NCBI GenBank assembly: GCA_951406725.2
Contig: OX597818.1
Coordinates: 97,340,001-97,404,000, forward strand
Length of the DNA: 64,000 nucleotides
Reading direction: 5' to 3'
Origin: Octopus vulgaris
Taxonomy: Eukaryota
The first letter of the stretch is position 1, and each line of letters begins with the position of its first letter. The position numbers were made by a program, and so were the translations under genes. Under the pieces are notes generated by a model. The model ran no database searches and had not been told where the DNA came from. It was given only the letters and a program-made list of their open reading frames with translations. Positions 14,010 to 26,696 of this stretch are shown here, piece by piece.

Positions 14010-14953
14010 TGGTCAATGAACTTCATTCTTTCAAGGCAGTACTCCAGCACAATGTGGTGCCCCAGCAAGGCTGCAGTCTGATTACTGAAACAGATAAAAG
14101 ATATATATATTTTTAATAGGAAAAGGTTAACAAGAACTTTGAAATTGTTGCTTGCTTGCTATCACCAGACACTATCAACCTTTTCCTTGTAAAAATTATT
14201 TAATATATACTTCACTAAATAGTACTGAATAAACCTTCACTTTAATGCTAACTTGTTTTTATATATAGCTTTGTATAAAAATATACAGTCCATTGCAGGG
14301 TTGCCCATTTACAAATGAGAGTAGACCAGAGCAATGTGAAATTAAGTGCTTTGCTCGAGAATACTATGCACTACTGGTTCAGAAATCAAGACCACAATTT
14401 TGTGATCATGAGTGCAACAGTATAACAGAAAATAGCTGCCATATATACTGAGAGCAAACCTGGTACCATCTAACTGCATAATGAATTTCTTAACCACATC
14501 CTTATATATGTACTTGTCTATACCATATAGCTATGCCTCCACTTTTTACACTTAAGTGAAGCTATTCTGTCTGATCTGTTGAATGTTCTGAGCAGTAAAT
14601 GTAAAGTTGTCATTGTATATGAATATTGAACAAAATATATATTTCCAAGTCATACTTGTTTGATGACTGACTTGATCTGCAGTCATATGATAAAAGTTGA
14701 TTGTATCTGGGAAGGGCCATGGATAGCTTTAAAGTATACATGCCACATTCACCTTTGTTTGATTTTGTAATAAATTTGTCAGTAATTAGGTCAAAGATAT
14801 CTGATGAAACTTTTCAACACTTTTTAGTATAGGCAGCAGGTTGGTGGTGTAGTTATGCCATCAAGCAGAATGTTTCATGATACTTGTTCTAACTCTCTGC
14901 ACTCCAAGTTCAAATCCTGATGTGGTCATCTTTGCCTCTCATCTTTCAAAGGT

Positions 14954-15115
14954 GAAAGAGTACAGCAGGGATCACCACCATCCTCTGCCGGAGCCTCGTG
15001 GAGCTTTTAGGTGTTTTCGCTCAATAAACACACACAACGCCCGGTCTGGGAATCGAAACCGCGATCCTCCGACCGCAAGTCCGCTGCCCTAACCACTGGG
15101 CCATTGCGCCTCCAC
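14954..15115 (-). mobile_element. Young tRNA-derived SINE with 32-bp flanking direct repeat
   Basis: Minus strand GTGGAGGCGCAATGGCCCAGTGGTTAGG (A box) ... GGTTTCGATTCCC (B box); CpG-rich. gtggtcatctttgcctctcatctttcaaaggt is duplicated at 14922-14953 and 15116-15147. Confidence 0.8.
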
Positions 15116-16004
15116 GTGGTCATCTTTGCCTCTCATCTTTCAAAGGTTGATAAAAAGGTACCAATCCAAGGTGATAGATAGGCAGAATTATAAAAAGTCT
15201 GACCAACTGCCTTATAATATTTGTTGTCTCTTTGCATTTTGAGTTCAAATCCTGCCCTGGCTGATTCCCCAGCTTAACACTGCCAACAAACACCTTGGGT
15301 GCCTTTAGCAGAGCTCACTTGGTTTCAGGCATTCAGTTCAGGTTTCTAGTTCAAGGATACTTCCCTTCCTCCCACCAGGTTTGGAGACCTTATGGCAAGT
15401 CCTGGGCATTACCTTCTCTCCTGAGCAAAACATAAAAGAAAAAAAAATTGATACAGTACTTTTCACAAAATAGAGCAAAACGTCTGTACATGTATGTGTG
15501 TTTCAAATAGCTATCAGGATTTCTACAAAATATTTTAAGAAGATAATTTTTAACTTGTTTTAAGAGACATTTTTGTATATATTTACATATATTAGTAGCA
15601 AAAAAAAGGTTTCTGGAAAGCTCATATATTCCATGAGTTCAGTGATTATTAATCAACTCTTCAGTGGTGTATTGTGCATACATGTGTACAGGTTCGGAAA
15701 AGTTGGATGTCAGATATGATGGATGCCGCATAATGTGTGTGTGAATTCATGTTCAAGTTTAATTTTAAGTTTTGTTTTTGTTAATGAAAGTGTTTTGGTT
15801 TATGCTCTTTTCCTTATGTGTATGTATTTGTGTAGAGAGCTGTCTCCCTATTTTCTGATCTATCTACAGGTTAATTATACTGCCCCCCCCATCCTTCCTG
15901 CACTCCCACTTATCACCTCCTCTTTACTGCATCATTTCTATTTATTTACCTCCCCACCCATACTGATATTTACTATCAACTATATCTCCAACATGTATGC
16001 ATTG

Positions 16005-16224
16005 TAAGGAGGTGCAGAAAAGTTCCTGGCTTTGTGTAAAATAAAATAAAAGAGGATCAGTTAATTATGATTTTATTTAACATATTCCCCTCTTAGATTC
16101 ACACACTTATTGCAGCAGTCCATCAGTTTTTCTAAGCCCTGTAAAAGAACTCAGAATGTTGGGCCTCCAACCAGGCCTTTCGTGATACCCTTAAAGCCAG
16201 GAACTTTTCAGCTCCTGCTCATGT
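16005..16224. mobile_element. Mariner-type MITE
   Basis: Terminal inverted repeats ggtgcagaaaagttcctggctt and aagccaggaacttttcagctcc, with TA-like flanks. Confidence 0.6.
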
Positions 16225-16803
16225 ATATATACATGCATACACATATATTTATGTATGTGTGTATATAATATGCACGCACACACACACACCTGCTTCAGTA
16301 TGCTGCAAGATAGGGACACTGTTTGAAGAAAATTCCTCAGGAGGATAAGCAAAATAGTCAAACATTTCAAAAGTATTTTAACCTCTCCACCAGGAAACAT
16401 ACAAATAAGCAAGCCTGAAATTTTGGGGGATGGAGTAAGTTGATCATATCAACCCCAGTATGCAGCTGGTACTTATTTCATCAATCTGGGAAAGATGAAA
16501 AGCAGAGTTGGCCTTGGTGGAATTTGAACTTGGAACATAGAGCTGGAAGAAATACCACTTAGCATTTTACCTGACGGGCTAATGATTCTGCAAGCTTGCC
16601 ACCTTCTTAATAATAGTTTCAAATTTTGGTGCAAGGCTAGCAAATCTAGAGGCAGAAGCAGTCAATTATATTGACAAAAACAAGTGTCATGAAACATTCT
16701 GCTTGATGGCATAACTACACCACCAACCTGCTCCCTATACTAAAAAGTCGACCTTGGTAGAATTTGAACTTGGAACATAGAGTTGAGATAAATGCTACAA
16801 AGC

Positions 16804-16865
<62 letters not shown>

Positions 16866-16986
16866 GGGTGTTAGGTGTGGTGTACAGAAATTGAATATTG
16901 AGAAAAAAGTTGTCGGAATTTTGGAAAAAAATAATGAAAAAAATAAAAAGATTCTTTTTTCCAAAATTCTGATGACTTTTTCTCTC

Positions 16987-17027
<41 letters not shown>

Positions 17028-17488
17028 TATAAAGGGCAATTTGTTTCCAGTATTGCACTATGTGAAAATGTGATATGTGTAAAACCTTTGAACAATGCAG
17101 GTGAAGAGTTAATTAAAATATGTAGGGTGATATCAATGAATTACAAGGAATGATATAGCACTACCACATATTGTTTGTTTAATAATCTAATAATATTTCA
17201 GAATAAATCTTTTTCCATGAAAGGAACAAAGTAATCAAATATTCTGATGTACTTATTATAGGTTAACAGTCTTAGACTTAGACGGATTGGTGATATCAAC
17301 AACTCTTATAGGCTCTTTGATGATATACAGAAGCAAGCTGGTTGATTGGTAGAATTCTTAGATCAATGGACATTTTGCTATGTGCCAAGTATTCTTGCTC
17401 TTATTGTTCTGAGTTCTGCTCATAATGAGGTCAACTTGACCTTTCACCTCTCTCTGGTTGATGTAAATATTCTTTTAAAAAACTTTCT

Positions 17489-17554
17489 TTTAATTTTTCC
17501 AAAATTTAATTTTTCCAAAATTTAATTTTTCCAAAATTTAATTTTTCCAAAATT
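17489..17554. repeat. Tandem 16-mer (tttaatttttccaaaa) x about 4
   Basis: Directly visible. Confidence 0.85.
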
Positions 17555-17642
17555 TACAGTTGAAAGTCTCAATGACTTGAAACCAGTACTGAAATGTTTT
17601 TTATAAAATTATTTTAACATTTTCTACCTTGACTTTTTTTCC

Positions 17643-17682
<40 letters not shown>

Positions 17683-19258
17683 TTCTTTGAAATGAATACA
17701 CCGAAATGGCTACACTGGACTACCATCTTGAGAAATGATGTATTTGATAAATATCATTTCAGACTTTTTCATCATCATCATCATCTTTTAGCGTCCGTTT
17801 TCCATGCTAGCATGGGTTTTGTTTTGTAAATATATTTTATGACAGTTAATTGAATAGTTGAGTACATTTTTTACTATTCTCTTGTGTGTAATGAAATATT
17901 TTAAAAATAGGATAATGCCAATCTTTTCATATCTGGAGCACATACCATTGAAAGCCTTTGACTTCCTATCATTTTATGAACCACCTGCACAGCAAAATGT
18001 TCTCTGACTTCCACATATGCTTTTGAAAGGGATGTCTTTACAGGTTATGGAAACAGCTGTTTCATATAATACGTTTGAATGTTATTGCTAGAAGTGAATA
18101 TTAATTTTCATTAAAATCACTCCCTCTGCTATCAATAGTGCCAACAGCTGATACAGTCACTACACTTTGTCTAATTTATAGGAATATCAGTAGGTATTCT
18201 AATGTTGTGAGGCACTCTCTACATAGTTTGCAAAGCATATTGGTAAATAAATGAATGGTACATGCAACCTATTTATAATAAGTTCTCAAAGTGGATGAGC
18301 GGGATCACTGCCAGAGCAGCTGTCTGGCTTCCATGCCAGTGGGCACGTAAAAAACACCACCTGAGTGTGATCGTTACCAGCGTTGCCTTATTGGCACTTG
18401 AACAAAACATTTGAGCAAGGTCATTGCCAGTGCCGCTGGACTGACTCCTGTGCAGGTGGCACGTAAAAAACACCATTTCGAGCTTGGCCGTTGCCAGTAC
18501 CGCCAGACTGGCCCTCATGCAGGTGGCACGTAAAAGCACCCACTACACTCTTGGAGTGGTTGGCTTTAGGAAAGGCATCCAGCTCTAGAAACTCTGCCAG
18601 ATCAGATTGGAACCTGGAGCAGCCATCTGGTTTGCCAGTCCTCAGTCAAATCGTTCAACCCATGCTAGCATGGAAAGCGGACATTAAACGATGATGATGA
18701 TGTTGTTGACATTTGGTGTTTCAGGCAAGACCTTTTGTTAGAGGAAATGGCACTAAGTACTTGGGCATAGTAGAAACTATAGGGAAATAGCATTATTTCC
18801 CCTTTATCAAATGGTGTTTGGTGTATCGAATAGATTCAAGCTATAGTACAGAGTTATTAAAATGAAGTGACAGTCATTGTTATCTGTAGGAAAAAGGAGG
18901 TTGAAATTGTCATGAATTATGTGCTAAGAGTAGGTAGTTAGTACATAATTTGCAGAGGAAGAAGTAGTTGGTATCCTGTCAAGCGTTTGTCAGTAGAAGA
19001 CTGTCAGCATGACAAAGGTGTATTGACTGATTAAATTTATAAGGTCATTTACTTGGTATCTTTGGAGCTTAAGATTTATCAGAAAAGTATTTTGTTCTTG
19101 AATTTAGTATATTATACATAAAGTATACAATAAAAAAAGTAATAGAAAAGGTCCAAGGCATATGCATGGCTGTGTGGTTAAGAAGCTTGTTTTGCAACCA
19201 TATGGGTTCAGTCCCTACTTTGTAACTGAATTTAGTTGGCAGAAACTGTGTGGAAGTC

Positions 19259-19303
<45 letters not shown>

Positions 19304-19310
19304 CACACAC

Positions 19311-19945
19311 ACAATTTGTGCCAGGTAGGATCACAACTGATGCTATGTACCTGGTTAGTCAACTGCAGGAGAAGTATTTAGCCAAAAATAAGTGTCTGTA
19401 CTTGGCTTTTGTTGACATGAGGAAAACCTTTGACAGGGTCCCCTGCTCTCTTATCTGGTGGTGAATGCAGAAGCTAGATAGATGAGTGATTAGTGAGAGC
19501 TGTGCAAGCCATGTGCAGGAATGCTGCCAGTAAGGTGAAGTTGGCAACAAGCATAGCAATGAATTCAGTGTACAGGTAGGAGTTCACTAAGGTCCAGTTC
19601 TCAGCCCCCTCTTGTTTACCTTAGTCCTCCAGGCCTTAACTGAGGATTTCAAGACCGGCTGCCCTTGTGAGCTCCTCTATGCTGATGACCTTGATTTTAT
19701 AGCTGAATCATTATCTGACCTAGAGAAGAAATTTCAGGTGTGAAAGCAAGGCCTGAAATCAAAGGGTCTTCAAGTTCATTTAGCAAAAACCAAAGTCCTA
19801 GTAAGTAGGAAAACTGACAAGTCATAAGTCCCTTCAGGGAGATGGCCCTGCTCAGTATGTATGAAGGGTGTTGGTAGAAACTCCATATGTTGTATCCAGT
19901 GCAAGCTTTGGACACAAGAGGTGTAGCAGTATCACAGGAAGGTTA
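19311..19945 (+). mobile_element. RTE-type LINE reverse-transcriptase fragment (pseudogenised)
   Basis: FVPGRITTDAMYLVSQLQEKYLAKNKCLYLAFVDMRKTFDRVP, then LLYADDL (YADD at 19678-19689), with stops and frameshifts. Confidence 0.85.
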
Positions 19946-19949
19946 GCCC

Positions 19950-20575
19950 AGCTTTGGTATTGCAAGAAGAGTGGTGAGTGTTTTTCTCAACTGTGCCCCA
20001 CACATAGTAATCCATGGGATTACAATTAGAAGGATTAGGAGGTCAGAAATTTGGGCTGGTGAAGTCATAGAATTTCTCCAACAACTACTTCTATTTCTGG
20101 GGGTATGACAAGGGGCCAAATCCTGCTACCACACATATAGCCTTCCAGCAGTAATCCTCTCCAGCCTGGGTTTGACGACAGTCTCCAGCAGCTTCACATA
20201 GTTGTCTAAATTGAGCCTAAGGCCATGTTCGAAGATATGAGGATAAATTCTGGCATGCAGACATAGTTAGAATACATTCTGTGTCCCTTTCTGCCAGCAT
20301 GTCACATCTTACATCCTTTAGTGTTCACAGAGCATTCAGCAACAGTCATGATGTTTGACACTCAGTGCGAATCCTCATGATTCAGGTCATTCTTTTCTAA
20401 TATTTGGTTGGCTGGTAAGGTGATGAAACACTTGTAGTATTATGCAATAAAGCCTGTTTACTCATTCCAATATCTCCTGTTTACACATTTTTTATATATA
20501 CTCTACAGATATTAATGGATTTTTGGATGAACCTTCAATTTTCACTGTGAAACTGCATCTGGTATCCAGTACCTG
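19950..20575 (-). mobile_element. Tc1-like transposase remnant
   Basis: Minus-strand motifs YVW*QDLAPCHT (about 20101-20140) and F*PPNPSNCNPMDYYVWG (about 19995-20048) match QQD.AP.H and WP..SPD.NP..W of Tc1/mariner DDE transposases. Confidence 0.7.
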
Positions 20576-20747
20576 TACATAAGCTTTATAAAGCAAAATA
20601 CGAGTTCATTCTCAAATTGAATTCATATATATATATATAAATATATATTTAATTAGAGGATTTGTTAACCTCCTGAAGGGATGGTTGCATCCAAGGAAAT
20701 ACTGGTTCAATACCTTGTATTTCGGGTGAATGAAATTCCCTTAAAAC

Positions 20748-21210
20748 AATAGGTATATATTAAGTATGTACTTTATATCCATTTAAAAGAAAAGAAAATG
20801 GAGATAAGGAAGTTAATTATTGTTTATTATTAACAAATTGGTCATCTTCGCTTCTGACAGCCATTTCAATTAATACTCAATAATCTAATTACAAATTTAT
20901 ACATTAAATTTACATTTATATGACATGAGTATAATTTCATCAGAGGAAAAAAAAAGATGTACCTTTGGATGTTATATGTGGACCTATCAATTCATTTCAG
21001 CATTTTTTTTTTCACTGATGAAATTATACTCATGTCACATAAATGTAAATTCAATGTACAAATTTGTAATCAAATTATTGAATATTAATTGAAATGGCTG
21101 TAAGAAGCGAAGATGACCAATTTGTTAATAGTAAACAATTATTAACTTCCTTATCTCCATTTTCTTTTCTTTTAAATGGATATAAAGTACATACTTAATA
21201 TATACCTATT
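20748..21210. repeat. Long fold-back inverted repeat (about 210-bp arms, about 40-nt spacer)
   Basis: 20748-20959 is a near reverse complement of 21001-21210. The surrounding element is bounded by (TA)n at about 20626-20648 and 21229-21261. Confidence 0.9.
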
Positions 21211-21226
21211 ATTTTCTTCTTTTAAA

Positions 21227-21265
<39 letters not shown>

Positions 21266-21348
21266 ATAGTAGGGAATATAATTCCAAACTTACAGGGAAA
21301 AATTCAATTTAGCAATTCTAAATCAAATTTCACAATATATAATATATG

Positions 21349-21505
21349 TATATAATTAAGAGAAATAACCTCTATTAAGCAATTCAATAGTGAAAGACAT
21401 TATCTATATTATATAGAAACAATTTAAATATACTATAATAAATATTATTCAAAAAATCATTCACTATTGAATTGCTTAATAGAGGTTATTTCTCTTAATT
21501 ATATA
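21349..21505. repeat. Inverted repeat (about 46-bp arms)
   Basis: tatataattaagagaaataacctctattaagcaattcaatagtgaa pairs with ttcactattgaattgcttaatagaggttatttctcttaattatata. Confidence 0.85.
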
Positions 21506-21774
21506 TATATATAAAATTTGTGTGTGTTGCATCTGTGTTTGTCTCCCCACTGCTTGATAACTGGTGCTGGTTTGTTATATCCCTATAATTTAGTAGTTGA
21601 AAGAGAGAGCAATAGAAATAAGTATCAGTCGTAAAAGAATAAGTATTCGATTAAAACCCTTCTAAGTAGTGCCTCAGCGTGGCCTCAGTCTAATGACTGA
21701 AACAAGTAAAATATAAAGATAAAATATCTTGTTAATGGTTTCTTTTTGGTATTTAGTCTTTATTTAAGATAAGA

Positions 21775-22582
21775 TATGCTGTGCTTGAGAAGACCTGGCA
21801 AGCGAAGTAAGACCATAGCCCATGGCCTATGCCAGTGGGTGTAACCAGCCCACTTATGAATACCCCCTCATTCATTGGGCAATAAACTTTGCTTGCGAAG
21901 ATCTATTGAAGCAAGTGAAATCAAAATCAAAATCGCTGACGTGGCTGATGACAGTACTACCTGATTGTGCCAGTGGAATGTTAAAAGCACATCTGAACTT
22001 GGGGTGTAACCGGCCGACTTATGAGTGTCCCTTATTCATTGGACAATGAACTTTACTTGCGAAGACGTATTGAGGCAAGTCTAAGCAAATCAAAATTGCT
22101 GATGTGGCCAATAACAGTACCACCTGATTGGCACTTGTGCTAGTGGAATGTTAAAAGCGCATCTGAGCGTGATCGTTGCCAGGGCCTCAGATTGGTTCCC
22201 ATGCTGGTGACACGTGAAAAGTACCGTTCGAGCACAATCGTTACCAGCGTTGCCTTGCCGGCATGTGTTGGTGGCACGTGAAAAACAACATTTGAGTGTG
22301 GTTGTTGCCAGTGCCACCGGACTGGCTCCTGTGCAGGTAGCATGTAAAAAGCACCTTTTGAGTGTGGTTGTTGCCAGAACCGCCTGACTGGCCATTGTGA
22401 CGGAGGCACGTAAATGCACCCACTACCCTCTTGGAGTGGTTGGCATTAGGAAGGGAATCCAGCTGTAGAAACTTTGCCAGATCAGATTGCGGCTGGTGCA
22501 GCCTCTGGCTCACCAGTCCTCAGTCAAACTGGCCAACCCTTGCCAGCATGGAAAGCAGACGTTAAATGATGATGATGATAAT
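21775..22582 (+). mobile_element. Long copy of an interspersed retroposon family with internal tandem units and (GAT)n tail
   Basis: Shared 3' block gagtggttggcattaggaaggg(c/a)atccagctgtagaaac...gacgttaaatgatgatgat. Other copies at about 18290-18702(+), 29250-29530(+), 56315-56598(-) and 9460-9716(+). Confidence 0.7.
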
Positions 22583-25500
22583 GATTTCATACAATCACTT
22601 TTTCTTCAAAATGTCATTTATTCTTACATCTCTGTTGTATTCAGTGAGCATTTTATTCATTAATTCATTCTTTGGGATGGATTTGAGTGACATTTTGCAT
22701 TCCTAGTTAGATTGTGCAAGATATAAAACAGACAGATGATTTTGTTAAGGATGGATGTATATCATATTCTGCTTCACAGTTATCATTAATTAACATTACC
22801 CTCCTGTTTATGGAAGCCTAATTGGAAAATATACTTTCACTAGCTAAATATATTAGTTTAGTTATTGAGAAAGCAGTTAAATCTTTATTTTTATCAGTGA
22901 CAAGGTATTTTTTTTTATTGCAAGATAGAGTTGTATTCCATTTAGATAATTAAACTCATTGTGTGGTTCTGATTTTATTTAGTGCAGTAAGGTTCTCTAC
23001 CATTATAGCTCTAATATAAAGACTTCTCATTAGTAATGTGTGACTGTTTCTGTTGTGCCATAATCACCTGATGGTTTTTTTTACAAAATGCTATCAAGTT
23101 CATTGCATTTTAAAAGTTTTGCTCGAGGGCCTGATATATATATATACATACATACATACTGACCTGGTGTTAGGTTTATTCATGGAAACATACTGACCTG
23201 GTGTTAGGTTTATTCATGGAAACAGTGAATTAACAGAATCATTACAGTAGCAGACAAAATGCCTTGTGGTATTTATTCTTGAACTTTGCAGTCTGTGTTC
23301 AAATCTTGTGAGATCCACATTCATTCCTTCCAGAGTTGATAAAGCACCAGTCATGTACTGGAGTTGACTCAACTGGTTGCTGATCTCCACCAACATTCAG
23401 TAGGTTGGCATGGTTATGTAGAGCTCATATCTTTGCTTAACTGTGGGGTGCTGATGACAGGTGACGTGACTCACTGGTTATGTATGCTACTGTCACATCA
23501 CCATCTATAAAACCAGAATAATTGAATAACAAGTTCAGATTCAATGTCACAAATTACATCTATATGCTACATTAAAAAATTCTTTTAAAGATTTTGACAT
23601 GCAATGACTCAAACCATGAAGATCCATCTTAGCCTTGATGCTTTAGTAATTTCTCTCTATCGTAATACATAGAGCAAGCTACACACTCTTTGTTTTGGTA
23701 GTCTTATCACTCTGAAGTGTTTTTGTATCCATAATTAATAACTTTGGCTTCATATGAAAACGGAAACTTAAGTGTTAATAAAATTCACAAGAAACAAAAG
23801 TCCAGGAAATTACTGAGTATATATTTTGAGTATATTTACTCTTGGTCCTGTTCTTTTGCTTTGTAGCTTAACAAAGTGTTTGAACGCTATGGTTGGGGTG
23901 AGAATAGTTTAGTTAGTGACATAAGTTGATGAGAGTGTAATTTATGTTTATATGTTTATGCATACATGTGAGGTACATATACCATGTTTGGCTATATAAA
24001 AAGATATAAGCAGAGGTCTATAAGCTGGTAAGATGTTAGTTAATTGGCATAAAACATTGGCACATTCCCATTTACTATCATTAGAAAACTTTCAGAATTT
24101 AAAGCTGTTCCAAATCCACAAATTGCTCCTTTAAATTAACTCTGTTGTGAATAGAGTCTACATTAAAGAAACAAATATAGTTTTAGAATAGCTCCCTTGG
24201 TTTCCTGAGGAAATCTATACTCTCAGCTCTAATCAATTTTCATCATCTGTAATATGAAAGGCTGAATTGGCTCTAGAGTAACCGGAATTACCTTGTAACT
24301 ACTGGTTACAGACACAAAGCTTGTTGTAGTGGCTTGTCTGTTGCTGACTGCTGTTTATATCCAACAGGATTTTTTTCTCTCTTCAGTTTTGGAGTATTAA
24401 TTTATGCTTTAAAACATGAGTGAAATTTAAGGTGACCTACAGCTGCTTTAGACACCTTTCATGTTGTTATTATATGTCATAATATTTGACTTTTGTTATC
24501 TCCTAATATAACTAGGCAATGTGAAGTATCAGCTTTTGTCTACAATAAACATTTATTCTAAAGTAAAAAGTACTTGGTTTTGTAAATATCACTGAACATG
24601 CTGAAACGCATTTAAATATCTTTTTATTCGTTAATATTCTAAGACTGTAATGGATATATTTAAAAGGAAAAAAAAAGGTATGTACATTATAAATCAATAA
24701 TGATTATGAACATGTTTAAACTGAAATTTTTATTAGAAATATATATATGGGTTGATATTACTGTGCAAATATGTTGTGCTGATCAAATGCAGAATGGTTG
24801 TATTGCATTGATATTTTAGAATCGGAAAAAATTTAATATTTTAGGGTTGATAGATTTTCTTTGCATGTAGTGTCATTACCAACAAAACACTTAGTTTAGT
24901 CTTTCTTGGTTTTGGGTTCATTGCCCTCTCTTGTTGACTTTTAATTCCTAAGAAGTGATTAAATTTTGCATGAGTAATATCTTAAGATTATTTAAGTTAG
25001 CAATATCCTTCTTCTTATTTTTGGATTTGTGCTAGGTAGTTTAAAATTAATATTTTCATATTTAATGTTCATAAAATAGAAAAGTTATTAGATTATCTGC
25101 CTGCTTTTTAAACTGTATCATGAGAGAATGTTCTGTGAAAGTTTATTTTCGTTAAGTTTCAACTGAACACTAATTTAAATGTGTTATTATCTGTGGGAAA
25201 CTTTATCTTTTACTATTCTTTTTAATTTAATCTTGAAGACCTGTTTATCACTGTAATTTATGCAAAAATACAGTATATTAGCAGTATAAATAATTGACAC
25301 ATTGGCTGTGTAGTTGAAAAGTCTTCAGTTGATAAAAAAAGGAAGTAGATTTACTACAGTAGAAGGAAGTCATGTTCAAGGAGTATTTCTTTAACAAATA
25401 TCTTATTATAAACAATAAAAGCTTATATAAGAAATAATTATATGCATTCTACTTAAAATTATCGGTTCAAAAGTCTTCATCATTTACAATAATATTTTTA

Positions 25501-26466
25501 TAATAGCTACAGTATTTGATGGCATGAAAGACGCATAAGTATATTACACACCTTATTTGCAGCAACGCATATTTGAAAAAAAAAGAAGATTTTTAATGCA
25601 TTAATGCATGCAAAATCTAAAGCAATTGAGCAGAACATTACAAAAAGTACCTTAGCTAATTTAAAATAAAAATAATTATTAGTATGGAGTTTAAGGTGGC
25701 AAGCTGGCAGAGTTGTTAGCATGTTGACAAAATGCTTAGTGGCATGTCATTTGTCCTTATGTTCTGAGTTTGAATTCTGCTGAGGTTGACTTTGCCTTTC
25801 ATCCTTTCGGTGTTGATAAATTAAGTACCAGTGAAACATTGGGATCGATGTTCAGGCCTTGTGCCTTTAGTAGAAAGGATTATTATTATTATTATCATTA
25901 TTATTGAGTTAGGATTAGTATAAGAGACCATCTGGATTAAAATTAGCCTATAGTAGTGAGCTTATTTGAAGGCCCAACTTAGCATATAAGACCTGGGGTT
26001 GTTTTTTTGAGATTTGTTTTTGAAAAAAAATTGCATCTTATATGCAATCAAATGTGGTAATTATTATTTTAAAAACAATGGAGCATATATGTAAAAAAAG
26101 ATTTACCTATTGGAGAATCAAAAATTGCTGCTGCCTGTTAACGGACTAATTCACTCTTCATATCCTGTCACTGGTGTATACAAGTGGGAAATGGTTGTTA
26201 ACATTTAAAGGCCCAGCCCATTTTTATTGCATTTGAATGTAACAATTCAGTGTTGCAGTCATTGGGAACACTGTTAGTGACTAACAAGTGTTTTGACAGC
26301 TAACAATGGTGAATTCAACTCCTGCTACAAACAAAATATGTAACAGATTGGTGTCATCTAAAGGAGGATAATGGTACAAAATCTTGAATAAATTACTGAA
26401 TAGTATCATATTTGGCAATGGCTATAAATAAAAATAAAAAGATTGTGTGTGTGTGTGTGTGTGTGT

Positions 26467-26696
26467 ATAACTGTCACTAAATGTGACTAGGGTGTTAGAA
26501 ACACCTACATTGCTAGAAATAAGAGCTAAAATGCTCTAACGCTGTAGTCATAAATGTAAACATATACACAAACAGGTCCCTGTTAGTGTATATGTTTACA
26601 TTTATGTATGTTGACTACAGCGTTAGAGGATTTTAGCTCTTATTTCTGGCAATGTAGGTGTTTCTAACACCCTTGTCACATTTAATGATAATTTAT
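26467..26696. repeat. Near-perfect palindrome (about 230 bp, 2-nt loop at 26577-26578)
   Basis: aaatgtgactagggtgttagaaacacctacattgc...aacagg|tc|cctgtt...gcaatgtaggtgtttctaacacccttgtcacattt. Confidence 0.9.

Noticed and set aside
22090-22420. Regularly spaced repeats superficially like a CRISPR array
   Set aside because: The whole units are diverged tandem repeats with no unique spacers, the context is eukaryotic intron, and no cas genes are present.
23155-23224. Short exact tandem duplication (also about 39049-39110 and 62054-62110)
   Set aside because: Ordinary slippage-type duplications with no sign of function.
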